Assembly: GCA_030390025.1 (NCBI GenBank)
Contig: CM059432.1
Span: 114,640,001 to 114,704,000, forward strand
From: Squalus acanthias
Lineage: Eukaryota
Length of the DNA stretch: 64,000 nucleotides
Direction of reading: 5' to 3'
Part shown: piece after piece, positions 39,971-52,396 of the stretch
Position numbering within the stretch: the stretch's first letter is position 1
Layout of the letters: each line of letters begins with the position of its first letter
Notes under the pieces: generated by a model
What the model was told of the DNA's origin: nothing
The model's input: the letters and a program-made list of their open reading frames with translations, nothing else
Database searches by the model: none
Made by a program: the position numbers and the translations under genes

Positions 39971-40999
39971 AATTGTGCAAATTGATTGCCATATTTGCCT
40001 TTATAACAACGGAAATTGCACTTTAAAAGAAATTCATTGAACGTGAAGCAATTTGGGATGTGATTATGAGAATGTGATAAGGTGCTATATAAATGCAATT
40101 TCTTTCTTTCTTTAGACTTTTGACATATGCAAATGGAGCAAAATATACTCTTTATGTACTACAGTACCTATCAGGCAAATCTTAGTTTATCTTCCTGATG
40201 CCACAGGCAATCATCATAGCAAAGGAATGGATTCTATTTCCCAAAACACCAAAAGTAACATCTAACATACCAAATAGTTTGAAGCTTCATCTTTGTTTGT
40301 TTGGTTCAATACATTTTTTTTCAAATAAAATCAGTTTCTACCACCCAAATATGGCCAGTTTAGGAACATATGAAAATAAGAATGGGAAAAGACCAGTTAT
40401 TCCATCAAGCCTGCCCAATCTAGATATTTGCACCCACATACACCTTTACTCACTGCATAGTCACACAATCTCCTGGGAGAAGCAAAAAAGAGAAAATAAA
40501 TTGTGACCAAATCAGGAAAACTGGGAAATTCCTCTTCGATATTTTAAGGCAATAAAACAATGCTCCAAGAGACCACGGTAACTTATGTCATTCTATTCAC
40601 AGTTGGTCTGCAATTTACCCTCTGTAACTGGAAATGTCCTCATCTCTCAGGAACTTGTCCAGCTCCCTTCAGAAGGACTTCTCCAGTAATCTGTTCCAGA
40701 GGACTGATTCTCTGTGAAAAGAAATATTTCCCAACAAATAACCTAATATATATCTCCCATCCCTATCAATCTCAAATAACCTATCCAAATGGACAAAATC
40801 CCTTTACCCTCTAAGCCTGCATTTCTCTAATTAATATAGTCCCAACTCCTTCGGCCTATCCTGATAATTGAGCCCAAAGTCTGGGTGTCATTTTAGACAC
40901 CTTCCCCGTTATCTTCTCCTGTGCCTCAATATTTCCTGCTGTGCAGGCACCAAAGCTGAACAGAATACTCCAAATGCAGCCCTACCAGGGCTTCATACA

Positions 41000-41525
41000 A
41001 CCTAAAGCTGAAGTCAGGAGTGTGATGGAATACTCACCACTTGCCTGGATGGGTACAGCTGCAACAACACTCAAGAAGTTCAACACGATCCAGGACAGAG
41101 CAGTTCGTTTGATCAGTGTCCCCTACTGGTCTCAATGTCCAACTCCTCTACCACCGGTACACTGTGGCTGCAGTATGTACTCTCTCTATAGGATGCAGTG
41201 CAGTAACTCACCAAGATAACGTCAACAGCACCTCCCTCCCCTGCAACCATTACCACCAAGAAGGAGAACAGCAGCAATGCTGTGGGAACACCAAAACTTC
41301 CAATTTCTTCTCCAAGTCATACACCATATTGACTTGTATTTATATTGCCATTCCTTCTTCATCGCTGGGTCAAAAGTGTCAAAAACCTGCCTAACTGATT
41401 TGTTGGAGAAGCATCACCAGAATGACTGCAACAGTTCAAGGAGAAGTCCCACCACCACCTTCTTGAGGCAATTATAGATGGGCAATAAATGTGGTCCTGC
41501 CAGCATTGCCTGCATTCCAAGAATT
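41000..41525 (+). mobile_element. L2/Crack-type LINE 3' fragment within old minus-strand CR1-like sequence
   Basis: KAEVRSVMEYSPLAWMG, same family as 28720-29876. Confidence 0.75.
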
Positions 41526-41665
41526 ATTTTATAAAGTATAGTCTTCTTAAAAAATATTGTCCTAGCAATACTAACGAAAACTTTATTTACCTTCCCAATG
41601 GCCTGTCACACCTCATGTGGACTTTCACCTACGATTCCCAGGTCCCTCTCCTGTTCTGTAACCTT

Positions 41666-41770
41666 TAGTAGATTGGCGGTTAGGATCAGATCAGCCATGA
41701 TCTTATTGAATGGCGGAGCAGGCTCGAGGGGCCAATTGGCCTACTCCTGCTCCTATTTCTTATGTTCTTA
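41666..41770 (+). mobile_element. CR1 extreme 3' end
   Basis: Nearly identical to 29181-29285. Confidence 0.85.
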
Positions 41771-42115
41771 GGATAATCCTATTTTAAAGGGCTGATCAGA
41801 TTTTGGAGGTTTTTCAACATGCTGCCCGCCTTCATAAAAACACGCCAGGTGAATCGAGCTGGGTTAAGCTAGGACTTGAATTGTTGCCAACTGCTCGAGC
41901 AGCTTAAAAGCGGGCCTGCAATCTCTCATTCTTTCACATGCCACAACTTAGTGGTTTGAGGTTTGGGAGGCATTTTGCAGCTCAACTAATCTTGTGAGTG
42001 TTGTGAGTGTTGAGTCTGAAATCCATCTACTGTGTGGCCTCCTTGGAAGACCCTCTGGCCACTTTGTCTGAGTGCACACAACCTCCGTTCCTTGACTGAG
42101 ATATATACCAGCGGC

Positions 42116-43307
42116 ATGGGAACCATTTATATCCTCTCATGTTGGTCGTCATTCAGGCACAGCAGCAACACCAACAGCAGGAGCGCCAACCTTCTCCTCA
42201 GCCTTCTAATGCTGCACAGGGCAGAGGGCGTTTGCGCAGGCCTGCACCTCGCCGCAGGAGATAACCCCAACACAGGGTTTACAGGCTGAGGATGAGCTTC
42301 CTCAACATGAGTCAGCAGCAATGCCAAAGGAGGCTGAGACGTTCGCTGACATCTGCACAATGCTGCACCAGCACCTGGAGCCCAGAGGAGCGTCTGAACA
42401 CTCCTTACCAGTGGCTGTCAAAGACACCACCGCACTCAACTTCTTTGCTTCGGGCTCCTTCCAGGGATCATCTGCAGACATCAGCGGCATCTCTCAGTTG
42501 GCCGCAGATGCCTGCATCATGCAGGCCACTGATGCCCTCTTTGCAAAGGCGCCCAATTACATCCACTTCTCCACGGATGAAGCAAGTGTAACCGTGCGTG
42601 CGGTTGGCTTTGCAAATGTGGCAGGCTTCCCAAGGGTGCAGGGCGTCGTAGACTGCATACATGTGGCCATTAGGGCACCCCATCACAACCCAGCTGATTT
42701 TGTCAACCGCAAGGTATTCCACTCCCTTCACGTCCAGCTGGTGTGCAACCACAGGAACATCATCATGCATGTTTGCGCCAAGTACCCTGTTAGTTGCCAT
42801 GACTCCTTCATCCTGCGGCAGTCTACTGTGCCTCAGCTCTTCAATCCGCCAACCCAACTTTCCGGATGGCTACTTGGCAACAAGGGCTATCCCCTGAAAA
42901 AGTGGCTCATGACACCGATGAGGAGGCCATCAAACGAGGCTGAGGAGCAGTACAATGTGAGCCACAATTCCACCAGAAGTATCATAGAGCAAACCATCAG
43001 CTTTCTCAAAAAGTGATTCCAATGCCTCGACAGATCTGGTGGAGCCCTACATTATGCACCAGCCACGGTTTCCAGAATCATCGTCACCTGCTGTGCCCTG
43101 CACAACATCAAACAGCAGCGTGGCTTAGCGCTCCCTGAGGAACAAGTGGCTCAGCGCAGAGCATCTTCGGAAGAAGAGGAGGAGGAGGATGAGGAGGAGG
43201 AGGAGGAGGAGGACCTTGCGGGTCCAGATGTGACCAATGCAGCAGCCTTCGAGCTCATTGCTGGCCGTCATGCAAGGGATGCACTCATCCATGCCAGATT
43301 CGCGTAA
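42116..43307 (+). pseudogene. Harbinger DDE transposase (inactivated)
   Basis: [32 protein letters not shown] (catalytic D to N), IEQTI, in-frame TGA, CCALHN, poly-E tail. Confidence 0.92.
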
Positions 43308-43606
43308 GCTTACTCTTCAACCACAAGTGGCTACCATATGGCTATGAATGTGTAGGTGACCTTCCTATAATGCCATACATCATCTCTGCAATAAACGGTT
43401 GTTTCCTATCACTTTCACCATCATCATTACAAATGCATGTCACCCTGAGCCCTCAATGTGCAACTTCCATTTCCAGGAACACATAGGCCAGACCTTCAAC
43501 AGTTTGTCATCACTTTTGTTTACTACATTCACAAAAGCATGACAATGCAAATTATTAAACAGAACCAAAACAACAGAACAAAACACCCAAGTGACTCCCC
43601 TTGTGA

Positions 43607-45484
43607 CTATTTGTGTTTTATCTTCCTCTTACGTGTGCTTCTACGTGATGCTTCCCCTGTGGCTTCAGCAGATGTAGAGGCACCTTGCTGACTTTGATGC
43701 TGCGCCTGCTTAGACGCCTTTGGCGGACATCCTCTGAGTTTGGGAGCCTGGGAGGGCTCTGCAACAGTCTGCTCTTCCTGCGGCTGTGCAGGGGTTGAAA
43801 CGGCCATCTCAGTTGGGTGTGCAATGTGGGTCTCTGACTGAGGGCTCCGCAGTAGCATGGTCGTGTGAGCGCTTGGAGAGGAGCCCACAGTTCCGTGTTG
43901 CCTGCCACCAACATCTCTCTCATGGGTCAGCCGCACTTCAGTGCTAGCAAGTGGCTGGAGAGCACCTTGCTGCACATCAGGGGGGCCATGAGGACCCGTA
44001 TCTGTACTGGCAGTCCTCATAACAAGGACGTCCATGAAGCTCTGGTGTCTCTCCTCAATAGATGCCCATCTCTCCTCCATAGCAGACAATCTATTTTGAA
44101 GAGTCACCATTTTTCATTAGTCTGGCGACTTATGTCCTCCATGGCGGTAGCCACCCTCTCCATGGCGGAATGTTCATGCGCCGTTGCCTCCACAAAGGCA
44201 GTGCTAACGTTAGAGATGGACTCCTCTATTCTCTGCACACTCGCAGTTATCCTGGATGCAAACCCTGTCGGAGATTCCTGCACTTGTTCCTGGAGTTCCA
44301 GAACCGCTCTCTTTCTGGATGGCCCCAGAGGCACAGCGTCTGCATGCAGCTGAGCAGAGCTAGGAGATTCCTGCAACCTCCGACGAGGACTCTACACTGC
44401 TGTCGCTGTCTCCACCATCTGCTGATGCTCACTGTGATACACCAGGTGACAACACTACTCTATGTCGCGAACGCCCCGCCGAGGTGTGCATATCTGCGCT
44501 GGTGCTGGGTGCGCTGAGTCCTGGTGACGCTGCTCCCTCAGAGGCTACAGGCTCCTCTGAGGAGTGGTCTGGTTCTTCCTCCTGGACAGTGGGGAGGGGG
44601 GAGTTTGATGGTCCTGTGGGAGAGTAAAGGCATGAGTTAGACAACTGATTTTGACGCAGCAGACACATCCTTTTGTGCAGATGATACAAAGCGAATCTCT
44701 ATGAACGTCATATGCCATTGCAGTCAATCATTAAATCTAAATGAGAGGGATGAAACTCTATTCTGTCACCAGCTTCGTCTAGTGCCCCTGTCTCTCCGTC
44801 CCCAACTTCCAGCTCCTCGCCACCTCCAACAATGTCGTGCGCAGCCTCCTCAGCAATTGTCAATGTTGCGAGGGATGGTGTGCCTCCTCCTGTCTGTGCT
44901 CTCTCCCTCTTATTGTGGGCTATCTTTTCAGCGAGAGTGATGGAGTGACTGTGAAGAATCCATAACATAGAAGGTTAGAGGGAGACAAGGATGGAGTGAG
45001 GTGCCAAGAGGAAGCTAGCACCCTGTGTGTTGTTAGTTGTTGTCAATGCATAACAGTGAGAGCGAGTGTGAGGGGTGCATAGCAGGATAGTGAGGTGATT
45101 CAGTACAGAGAGGGAGATGGATAGGTAAGGGTGCAAGGGAAGTAAGGGCAAGGTGGGATGTGGAGCAGCAGGCTTACAAAGCAGAGTGCTGGTGATGAGA
45201 AGAGATGGGAAGCAGATTGAAGGTAAGTGTGATGTGATACTCACTTTTGCTGATCGCAAGAGATCATTAAACTGTTTCCAGCACTGGAACCAGGTGCGTG
45301 AACAAATGGACCTTGCACTGACCTCCTTAACAATGCGCAGCCAGGCTGCCTTGGATTGCTGAGGAGGCTTCCTCCGGCGATCGGGAGGGAACAGAATCTC
45401 CCTGCGCCCTCTTACTCCCTCCACAAGAGCTTGGAGGGAGTCCTCATTGAAGCGTGGTGAAGCCTTAGGTTTGGAAGCACTCAT
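43607..45484 (-). pseudogene. Harbinger Myb/SANT-like gene, 3 exons
   Basis: gccaccATG; MSASKPKASPRFNEDSLQALVEGV...WFQCWKQFNDLLRSAK|gtgagt; exon 2 EKIAHNKRERAQTGGG; ends SRRSTRKRKIKHK. Confidence 0.85.
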
Positions 45485-45755
45485 GGTGGCATTGCCATAT
45501 TCACATACCAGCAGAATCAAGAAATGAAAGGCTGAGGCTGCATGGGACCCTTAAAAAGATCTGCACTAATGACGTCATCAGAGGCGACTAACAGACCCGA
45601 TCCCAGTCATTGGACCAGCCAGCATGCACCACTGCACTTAAGGGGCCAATTAAATTAAATTTGCAACTCGGGAGCGGATGCAGCCGGCAGCAGGTCCGGA
45701 CCCCGCCCACCAGGCAACCCGACTCCAAGCCGCCTCCTCAATTAAATTCGCAGCC

Positions 45756-45862
45756 ATTAACTCTGTTTCTCTCTCCCCAGATGCTACCTGTCCTGCTGAG
45801 TATTTCCAGCATTTTCTGTTTTTTATTTCAGATTTCCAGCATCCACAGTATTTTGCTTTTGT
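45756..45862 (+). repeat. Short interspersed shark repeat (probably Penelope-derived)
   Basis: aactctgtttctctctcc..cagatgct..cctgctgagtatttccagcattttctg; a related degraded copy lies at about 9700-9790. Confidence 0.5.
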
Positions 45863-46283
45863 AATATAAAATCTATTGCTATTCACGAACTGGGTCACTG
45901 CCTCATAAAACTCAGATAGTGAGGCACCACCTCCATTTCTAAATCTATGCTGAGATTTTCTAATAACTACTGAACTTTCTTGGTGATTATAAATCATCTT
46001 GCTTCTAAGACCATTCAGTATTTTCCCTATGACTGACATCAAACTAACGGCCAAAAATTCTGAGGGTCCCATTTCTGCCCTTTCTTAAATATTGGAACCG
46101 CATGAGCCTCCTTCAAACCACTGTAACTAGCCCATACCTGTAAAAGCTATTAAATATATAAGCCAATGGCTTGCATAAAAAATCTGGTGAATGCCATTAT
46201 GATCGCCACTAAAGTCCCAGGAAATTACACCGTAAGTGAATAACGCCACTGTTATAGCATCGCCATAATTTGCTGGGATATTG

Positions 46284-47379
46284 AAGCCCATGAAATAAAA
46301 GGGACAGTGGCAGCCTGGATACGAAATTGGCTAAGTGACAGGAAACAGAGAGCAGTGGTGAACAGTTGTTTTTCGGACTGGAGGAAGGTATACAGTGGTG
46401 TTCCCCAGGAGTCGGTTCTAGGACCACTGCTTTTCTTGATATATATTAATGGCACAATTTCAAAATTTGAAGATGACACAAAACTTGGAAATATAGTGAA
46501 CAGTGAGGAGGAGAGTGATAGACTTCAGGAAGACATAGACAGACTGGTGAAATGAGCAGATACGTGGCAGATGAAATTTAACGCAGAAAAGTATGAAGTG
46601 ATGCATTTTGGCAGAAAGAATGAGGAGAGGAAATATAAACTAAACGGTACAATCCTAAAGGGGGTGCACGAACAGAGAGACCTGGGGGTGTGTGCGCATA
46701 AATCGTTGGAAGGTGGCAGGGCAGGTTGAGAAAGCAGTTAAAAAGGATTATGGGATCCTGGGCTTAATAAATAGAGGTAGAGTACAAAAGTGTGGAAATT
46801 ATGATGAACCTGTATAAAACAATAGTTTGGCCCCAGCTGGAGTACTGTGTCCAATTCTGGGCCCCACACTTTAGGAAGGATGTGAAGGCCTTCGAGAGGG
46901 TGCAGAAAAGATTTACGAGAATAATTCCAGCAATGAGGGACTTCAGTTACGTTGATAGACTGGAGAAGCTGGAGTTGTTTTTCTCCTTGGAGCAGAGAAG
47001 ATTGAGAGGAGATTTGATAGAGGTGTTCAAAATCATGAGGGGTCTGGACAGGGTAGATAGAGAGAAACTATTCCCATTGGCAGAAGGGTCAAGAACCAGA
47101 GGACATAGATTTAAGGTGATTAGCAAAAGAACCAAAGACGACGTAAGAAAAAACTTTTTTACACAGCGAGTGGTTAAGATCTGGAATGCACTGCCTGAAA
47201 GGGTGGTGGAGGCAGACTCAATTTTATCTTTCTAAATGGAGTTGGATATGTATCTGAAGGAAAAAAAATTGCAAGGCTACGGGGAAAGGGCAGGGGAGTG
47301 TGACTAGCTGAGAGTCGGCATGGGCTCGATGGGCTGAATGGCCTTCTTCCGTGCTGTAACCATTCTATGATTCTATGAT
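46284..47379 (+). mobile_element. CR1 3' portion
   Basis: SGVPQESVLGP and QLEYCVQFWAP motifs; (ttctatga)n tail. Confidence 0.92.
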
Positions 47380-48079
47380 CATGAGTTTCTCAGCAAATTC
47401 TGGCTGTTCAGTGCCAGAGGATCAGGACGAACAACGGTCTTGCTTATTGTAATCGTCACACTAATGCCGTTGCAGCTAATTCCGGGCCAGTGTTTGGATC
47501 CTGTGATTAAGTCAGCCTTAAATTCCCTCTGCAACATCCTTGATTTATTGTAGTATACACTACAGTCTCAATAAACTGAAAGTAATGCTAACAACAGTGG
47601 CATTGATTTAAGACCGTGCGAATCCGTATGATTCATGCGAGGGTGCAGTAGAATTTTATGATGATGCTGGGAGGTATAAATTACACATAGTACCTTCAGG
47701 ACACTTCCACCTGTGCTATGGAACTGTGTCAGCTGAGTAATTCTGGTGCGGGAAGGACGTTCTCCTCAAGGCATTCTCAACTTGGAGACACTAAGCTCTG
47801 AATACTGTTTTAACATATTTGTTATCTTCATAAATTATTTCATAAACATAAATGTTATTTATTCCATTCTCAAAGTGAGATATTTTTTGTAAATCAAGAC
47901 AAACAATGTTGGCACTTGGGAACAGAACACTTTCCAATTTCAGGTAGCCAATGTTAGCATCAAACAGGGACAGGTGCACAGTAAATATCCCCGTACATAT
48001 CCCCTTACTCTGTCCCAACAAGATGCTTCAACCCAAGCCCCACAAGAGCACCCCCTACTGCACCAGTCCAACACTGAGG

Positions 48080-48580
48080 TGTCCTAACTCATACCAAGTC
48101 CCGTTCACCCATCACCCTGTGCTTGCTGACCTACATTGGCTCCCGATCTGGCAACACCTCGATTTTAAAATTCTCATCCTTGTTTTCAAACCCCTCCATG
48201 ACCTCGCACCTCCCTATCTCTGAAATCTCCTCCAGCCCCACAACCTCCCCCGCCACCCCCGAGATATCTGCGCTCCTCTAATTCTGCCCTCTTGAGCATC
48301 CCTGATTATAATCGCTCAACCATTGGTGACCGTGCCTTCAGCTGCCTAGGCCCTAAGCTCTGGAATTCCCTGCCTAAACCTCTCCGCCTCTCTACCTCTC
48401 TTTCCTCCTTTAAGAAGCTCCTTAAAACCTACCTCTTTGACCAAGCTTTTGGTCATCTGTCCTAATTTCTTCTTATGTGGCTTGGTGTCAAATTTTTGTC
48501 TTTTAACACTCCTGTGAAGCACCTTGGGACATTTTACTACGTTAAAGGCGCGATATAAATACAAGTTGTTGTTGTTGTTG
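48080..48580 (+). mobile_element. L2 LINE 3' end
   Basis: PVLADLHWLPI..DFKILILVFK..LAPPYL; tail gcgatataaatacaag(ttg)n. Confidence 0.88.
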
Positions 48581-49025
48581 TACTGTGGGCTGAACCTGCT
48601 AGGAACAGGAATGACGCTGCCCAAACTCATGTTACACAACAGTTTTACATCCAGCAGAGAATGGTGATTTTCATTCCATCAATCTGAATCTTTGGATTCA
48701 AAACAAGCTCCAATGAGGAACCAAGGTAACAGTGGGTGCATCGCCCAGTCTTGTGCAAAAGGAAAAAGACAAACAAATTGGTTAAAATTGTACCCTAAGG
48801 CTGGTGAGGGTGCTCCTGATTGGACAGTAGTACAATGATTTATAATAAGGAAATTAAAAGCTTATAAAAACTATGGTGCTCCGAAGATAAGAATCATTAG
48901 GAGAGAGAGCAGAAGCTTATAATTTATTAAAGATAAGTCTGCACTTAATCTTTAAATCTTTATCTATCAGTTCATAAGGGAATTCCGGTTCCCAAGTACA
49001 ACATTTGTGAGTCTTTGTTGCAGTA

Positions 49026-49391
49026 TGTAAGAAATCGTGAAATGGAAGGAATAACTTGAGACAAAAAAGTCTCTTCAGACTGGTGTTAGACTAACTGGAT
49101 AGACGCTTAGAATTTGCTTATGTTCTTGTTACCCTGCGGATGTTATAACATTCTGCACCGTGGCGGTGACCTTGTTTCCAGACTAGCTGTCTGCTGTTTG
49201 TGTGCTAGAAATGTTGTTGACTGTATCTTTGATAATCTACCCTAGGCCCACCCCTAAAAAGAGAGTAAAAGAGATATCAAAAGAGCTTTTAGCACAGACG
49301 GTAAAGGGAAGGGAAGAGCTGTCGTGCACGCCAGCTGTCTGTCCGATCGGGACCAATACCAGCTGCTTGTCACGGTCGTATGTCTACTATG
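49026..49391 (+). repeat. 5' LTR (3' about 115 bp and PBS deleted)
   Basis: Matches 54277-54642 with about 8 substitutions and 1 indel by eye, then jumps into gag. Confidence 0.92.
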
Positions 49392-51030
49392 ATAGAGAAT
49401 TGTTAATAGACTGCCTGGCAGAAAAAGTCGGTAAGGCTGCAGCCACGGGCGTTCTAGGAATTTTAGAAGATAGTAGCGGGAACTATGATTACATTCTTGA
49501 CAAACTTTCGGCAGACGTCCACCAAAACAATGTTAAGCTGAAAAAAGGCCGGGATTAGTTGGCGTACGGGGCACACTTACGTGCTGCGCAGCTAAATCAG
49601 GATGTTAAAGGGTTAAGGGAATCAATATGCCAGCTGCAAAACCAAAATGGCCGCCTGCAGCAGGACATCTCTGAGCTCCGCACCCAGCTGTCCCAGGAGC
49701 AAAGAGAACATGATAAAACACAGCGTACCCAAAGGAAGCTAGACCAGATCCTAGACAAAGACATTGAATTACAGGCAGAGAACCATAGGCTGAGAGAGGA
49801 GTTAGAAGATGCGAGAGGGGCAGTAAGGGAACTGAATCGACAGCAAAACACCGCTTCTCCCGGGGCAGATCATGCCCTGTGCCTGACAAAAATCCAACAG
49901 CTTCAGGCACAAATTGGCCAACAGCGAGCAATAGTGGCTGCTGTCTCCAAAATCAAACCGAAAGATCCCGGCCCATGCTGGGACAATATATTTGGGGACC
50001 CTACTCCCTCGGTTCCGTCTGCTCCGCCCCCACCATACAAGGATGGTCAGGCAGGGAAGACGATACCAGTATGTGTGGTCACCTGAGCTAAGGCAGTACG
50101 CGAGCCCAAGCGCCAGGCTGACTGAGACCTGGAAGGCAAGGCAGCCTCCTCAATCACCACTAGTAGAGAGGCAGAAACCACTACTACAACCACACATTGG
50201 TCCCTTACCGCGGTTGAAGTGGGGGCGCTAAAAGCTAACCTGTGGGTGGTGGATATGGAAACCGACCTCCTCGAGCTCAGGCAGCGGTGGAGGATTTTTT
50301 AAATTACCCATCCAGAACTAGAAGGGAGCGACCTTAAACAGGTCCTCCTGGATGCATGTTTCTCAGGATTAAAACAAGAAATGGACCTGGACATCCTGAG
50401 GGGGGGGGGGGGGGGAGCACAATAGATGAGATTGAGTTAGAACTATGCCAAACACTAGGGGAGGAGGGCATTGATTTTCACCAACTCCTAGCTAACACCA
50501 AACAGGGTCCTACTGAGAGCCCGAATGCCTTCGGGCAGAAACTCCACAATATCTTTCAGCGCACCAGGGGGGGAGTAGGGGAACACTTCGACAACCCGGG
50601 CTTCAAAACCCTCTTCCTTAATGGCCTCCAACCGTTGGTCCGTAATGTGCTGGGCGTTTATGTCTTTAAAGACACCGAGTGAGACCAAATACGCATCCAT
50701 GCCAGGACTGCTTGGGATCAGACCCGTGCCAATATCCCTAGGACACCTGCCAAGGTTGCAGTAGCTGCCGTTGAGGGTCCGCTGCCTAACCAAAAGTCAT
50801 GGCCATCTAGAACTCCAGGGAAAAGTGCTTTGGTGCGCTGCTATCTCTGCCACCACCTAGGCCACTATGCCCGCCAACGCTACAATCCCCCAAGGCAGGT
50901 AGGCCCCGACTCAGTCGAGCAGCAGTTTGAGAAAATGGAGGCAGCCATAGCCGCCCTAAATGTCAGTCAAAGAGCCCTAACAGTCTCCGTGGTACACCAG
51001 CAAAATGATTAATTTCCACCGCCGCTATGA
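49392..51030 (+). pseudogene. gag-like gene, disrupted
   Basis: Coiled-coil segment, PSAPPPPY, QGPTESPNAFGQKL capsid-like motif, CYLCHHLGHYARQR degenerate zinc knuckle. Confidence 0.85.
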
Positions 51031-51059
51031 CTCCCGCGGGTAAGAAGAGGAGGGGGGGC

Positions 51060-51420
51060 TTCCCCTCTCCAACACGATGACCACGGGAGGCCGGTAGTCC
51101 GCACTGTTGATTCGGGAGGCCATCAACAACTAGTGCTGGTTGCCTCTGGGTCCTCTGTCACCATCATACACGATCCCCAACCCGATCCTACAAAGGGCGT
51201 GCCCCAAGTTTTATCGGGCTTTGACAATTCAACACAAACAACTATACAAGGATCCCTTCCCTTGGAGCTAAAGCAAGGTGTTGTTCGCCTTGATTGGTCG
51301 GTTAGAAAACCGGTTACTATCAGATGACTACTGACTATCGCAAACTCAACTCAGTCACCCCCACGTGTACCCCGGTGGTTCGGGAGACACCCACCCTACT
51401 CTCCCAGATTCCCAGTGGCA
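51060..51420 (+). pseudogene. protease and RT N-terminal remnants
   Basis: LVASGSSVTII (D-to-A aspartic protease motif); WSVRKP then, after a frameshift, IRMTTDYRKLNSVTP..PVVRETPTLL. Confidence 0.75.
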
Positions 51421-51728
51421 GTAATCAGTACAGAATGAGATTCAGTGGAAAACATCAGAAATTGAAAATTGGCTTATGGGAGAAAGGATAAAATAGTTAT
51501 GATGGAATAAAGGAGAAAAGGGAAGATCATGTCTCTTTTCTGCTGTTCTACAGATTTTTATTTGTTTTCAGTGTGAATGTTAATGTCTTTTTACAAAACA
51601 TCTATGAATGTTTAAGAAGAATGTGCGAATAAGATTGTGCACCAAGAATTGAAAAAAAACTTAGAACTACAACTAAGCTGGTGTGGAAAAACTGAGAAAA
51701 ACAAAAAGTTTGTTGAACAAAAGATTAA

Positions 51729-52396
51729 GGGCTGGATTTTGAATGACCCATGGAGTCGGGTTTGGAGGCGTGTGGGGGGTTAAATTTGCGGGGTCGGGGT
51801 TTCCGACCCCATCCCGCCTGCACGCAATTTTGACATAATCAGTCGCGGGGTTCCCAACTCCGTCCCGCCTTCAAGAGGCGGGAGAGGCCATTAAAGCCCT
51901 TAACAAGCTCTAAATTGGCTCTGCAATGCCATTTTGAAATGCTGTAGCTAGTTTAACCCTCTTCTGACGTGAAGCACGCCTGGTGTGAAACACTCCAGTG
52001 AAACCTGGCGGGAGCAGAAGTGGATAGCTGACTATCAGCTGCAGGTCCACTATTATAACGGAGATGTGATGAAGGTAGTAGTAGTATTTGGGAGAACTTG
52101 CTTGTCTCTCTCTCTCTCTCCTCTACACCACCTCCCCCCATTTTTGCATCCAGGTCCACCCACATCAAAAGCCAGGCAGATCCTCTCACCAACAGTCTCT
52201 GAGACTAGCCAGTCAGCAATGATGACATCATCAGAGGCGGCTTTCAGACTCAAAACACTAATTAGTTCATGGGTTCCCACATGCTCCAACTCAATTGCCC
52301 AATTAAGTGAAAATTGCATCAGGCATCCACATTAATCTGGAGTCGGGGGGGAAACACGAAATGCGGATTACCCGACCCCAAGACAAAATCCAGCCC
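51729..52396. mobile_element. Harbinger-type MITE inserted in the LTR element
   Basis: Perfect TIR gggctggattttg / caaaatccagccc, TSD TAA. Confidence 0.9.

Larger units (their letters stand above)
41771..45755 (+). mobile_element. PIF/Harbinger DNA transposon, both genes present, left TIR lost
   Basis: Convergent transposase (+) and Myb-like gene (-); right TIR aaattcgcagcc. Confidence 0.9.

Noticed and set aside
42116..43307. Host HARBI1 gene (also 14205-15355)
   Set aside because: Frameshifts, stops, TIR context and the paired Myb gene indicate transposon copies, not the domesticated gene.
43607..45484. Host NAIF1/MSANTD-type gene
   Set aside because: Lies within a transposon, is degraded, and has related copies in the same window.
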